Origin: Tubiluchus corallicola
Taxonomy: Eukaryota > Animalia > Priapulida
Direction: 5' to 3'
Assembly: GCA_030141605.1 (NCBI GenBank)
Contig: JAQGDQ010000642.1
Span: 56,237 to 120,236, forward strand
DNA: 64,000 nt
In this document: positions 63,634 through 64,000 of the stretch, in pieces
How the letters are laid out: each line of letters begins with the position of its first letter
How positions within the stretch are numbered: position 1 is the first letter of the stretch
The notes under the pieces: model-generated
Told to the model about the DNA's origin: nothing
Seen by the model: the letters and a program-made list of their open reading frames with translations, nothing else
Databases searched by the model: none
Position numbers and translations under genes: made by a program

Positions 63634-64000
63634 TTGGGACTGAAGTGTTGTGACCCAATTAACCGACTAAACGTATTAACCGGCAGATGCAGAATTATTG
63701 GTATAGAAGTATGAGTCATCAACTTAGTATGCACTGCAAAGTTTTAATGAATTTTAGAAACGAAGTAATGTGCAGTTAGAAGTTTTTAAAAAATATTTAT
63801 ATATTTATTTATTTATTTATTTAATAGTGTTGAAAACACATACAAGACATACATACAATTTTGACATATACAAAAAAAAACAAGACATATATATAATTTC
63901 AATTATAAAATATAATGACACTATTATTATACAAACAAAACAATTGCTAATAAAACAAATATTGTTAGGTTTTATAATTGACTTAATAATAAAATAAAAA
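63634..64000 (-). repeat. Inverted copy of 60585-60951 (runs off the window)
   Basis: Reverse complement with matching end coordinates; the same 75-aa spurious ORF appears at 60588(-), 62591(-) and 63770(+). Confidence 0.95.

Overview
AT-rich, intron-rich animal (invertebrate-type) nuclear DNA, not prokaryotic. Three spliced protein-coding genes can be assembled by hand from GT-AG junctions and reading frame. (1) A complete 16-coding-exon three-repeat Myb gene (B-Myb/Dm-Myb type, 683 aa as assembled) on the minus strand, 19909-45337. (2) Epsilon-tubulin (TUBE1) on the plus strand, divergent from Myb, starting at 50949. Its exon 5 is tandemly duplicated (2003-bp offset) and its exon 6 is inverted, so this is either a very recent complex rearrangement or a mis-assembly. 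(3) The 5' part of an unidentified NLS-bearing gene on the minus strand that runs off the left edge. Introns and intergenic DNA contain many non-autonomous DNA transposons (Tc1, pogo/Tigger-like, hAT, piggyBac, Kolobok-like, Academ-like), LINE and Penelope-like relics, one 5S-rRNA-headed SINE, and several unrelated minisatellites. The most unusual observations are the TUBE1 duplication/inversion, the 5S-headed SINE, serial capture of flanking DNA between MITE copies inside Myb, satellites seeded from transposon sequence, and a Trp-to-Phe change in Myb repeat R3. All calls come from reading the sequence; no database search was run, and family names rest on recalled motifs.
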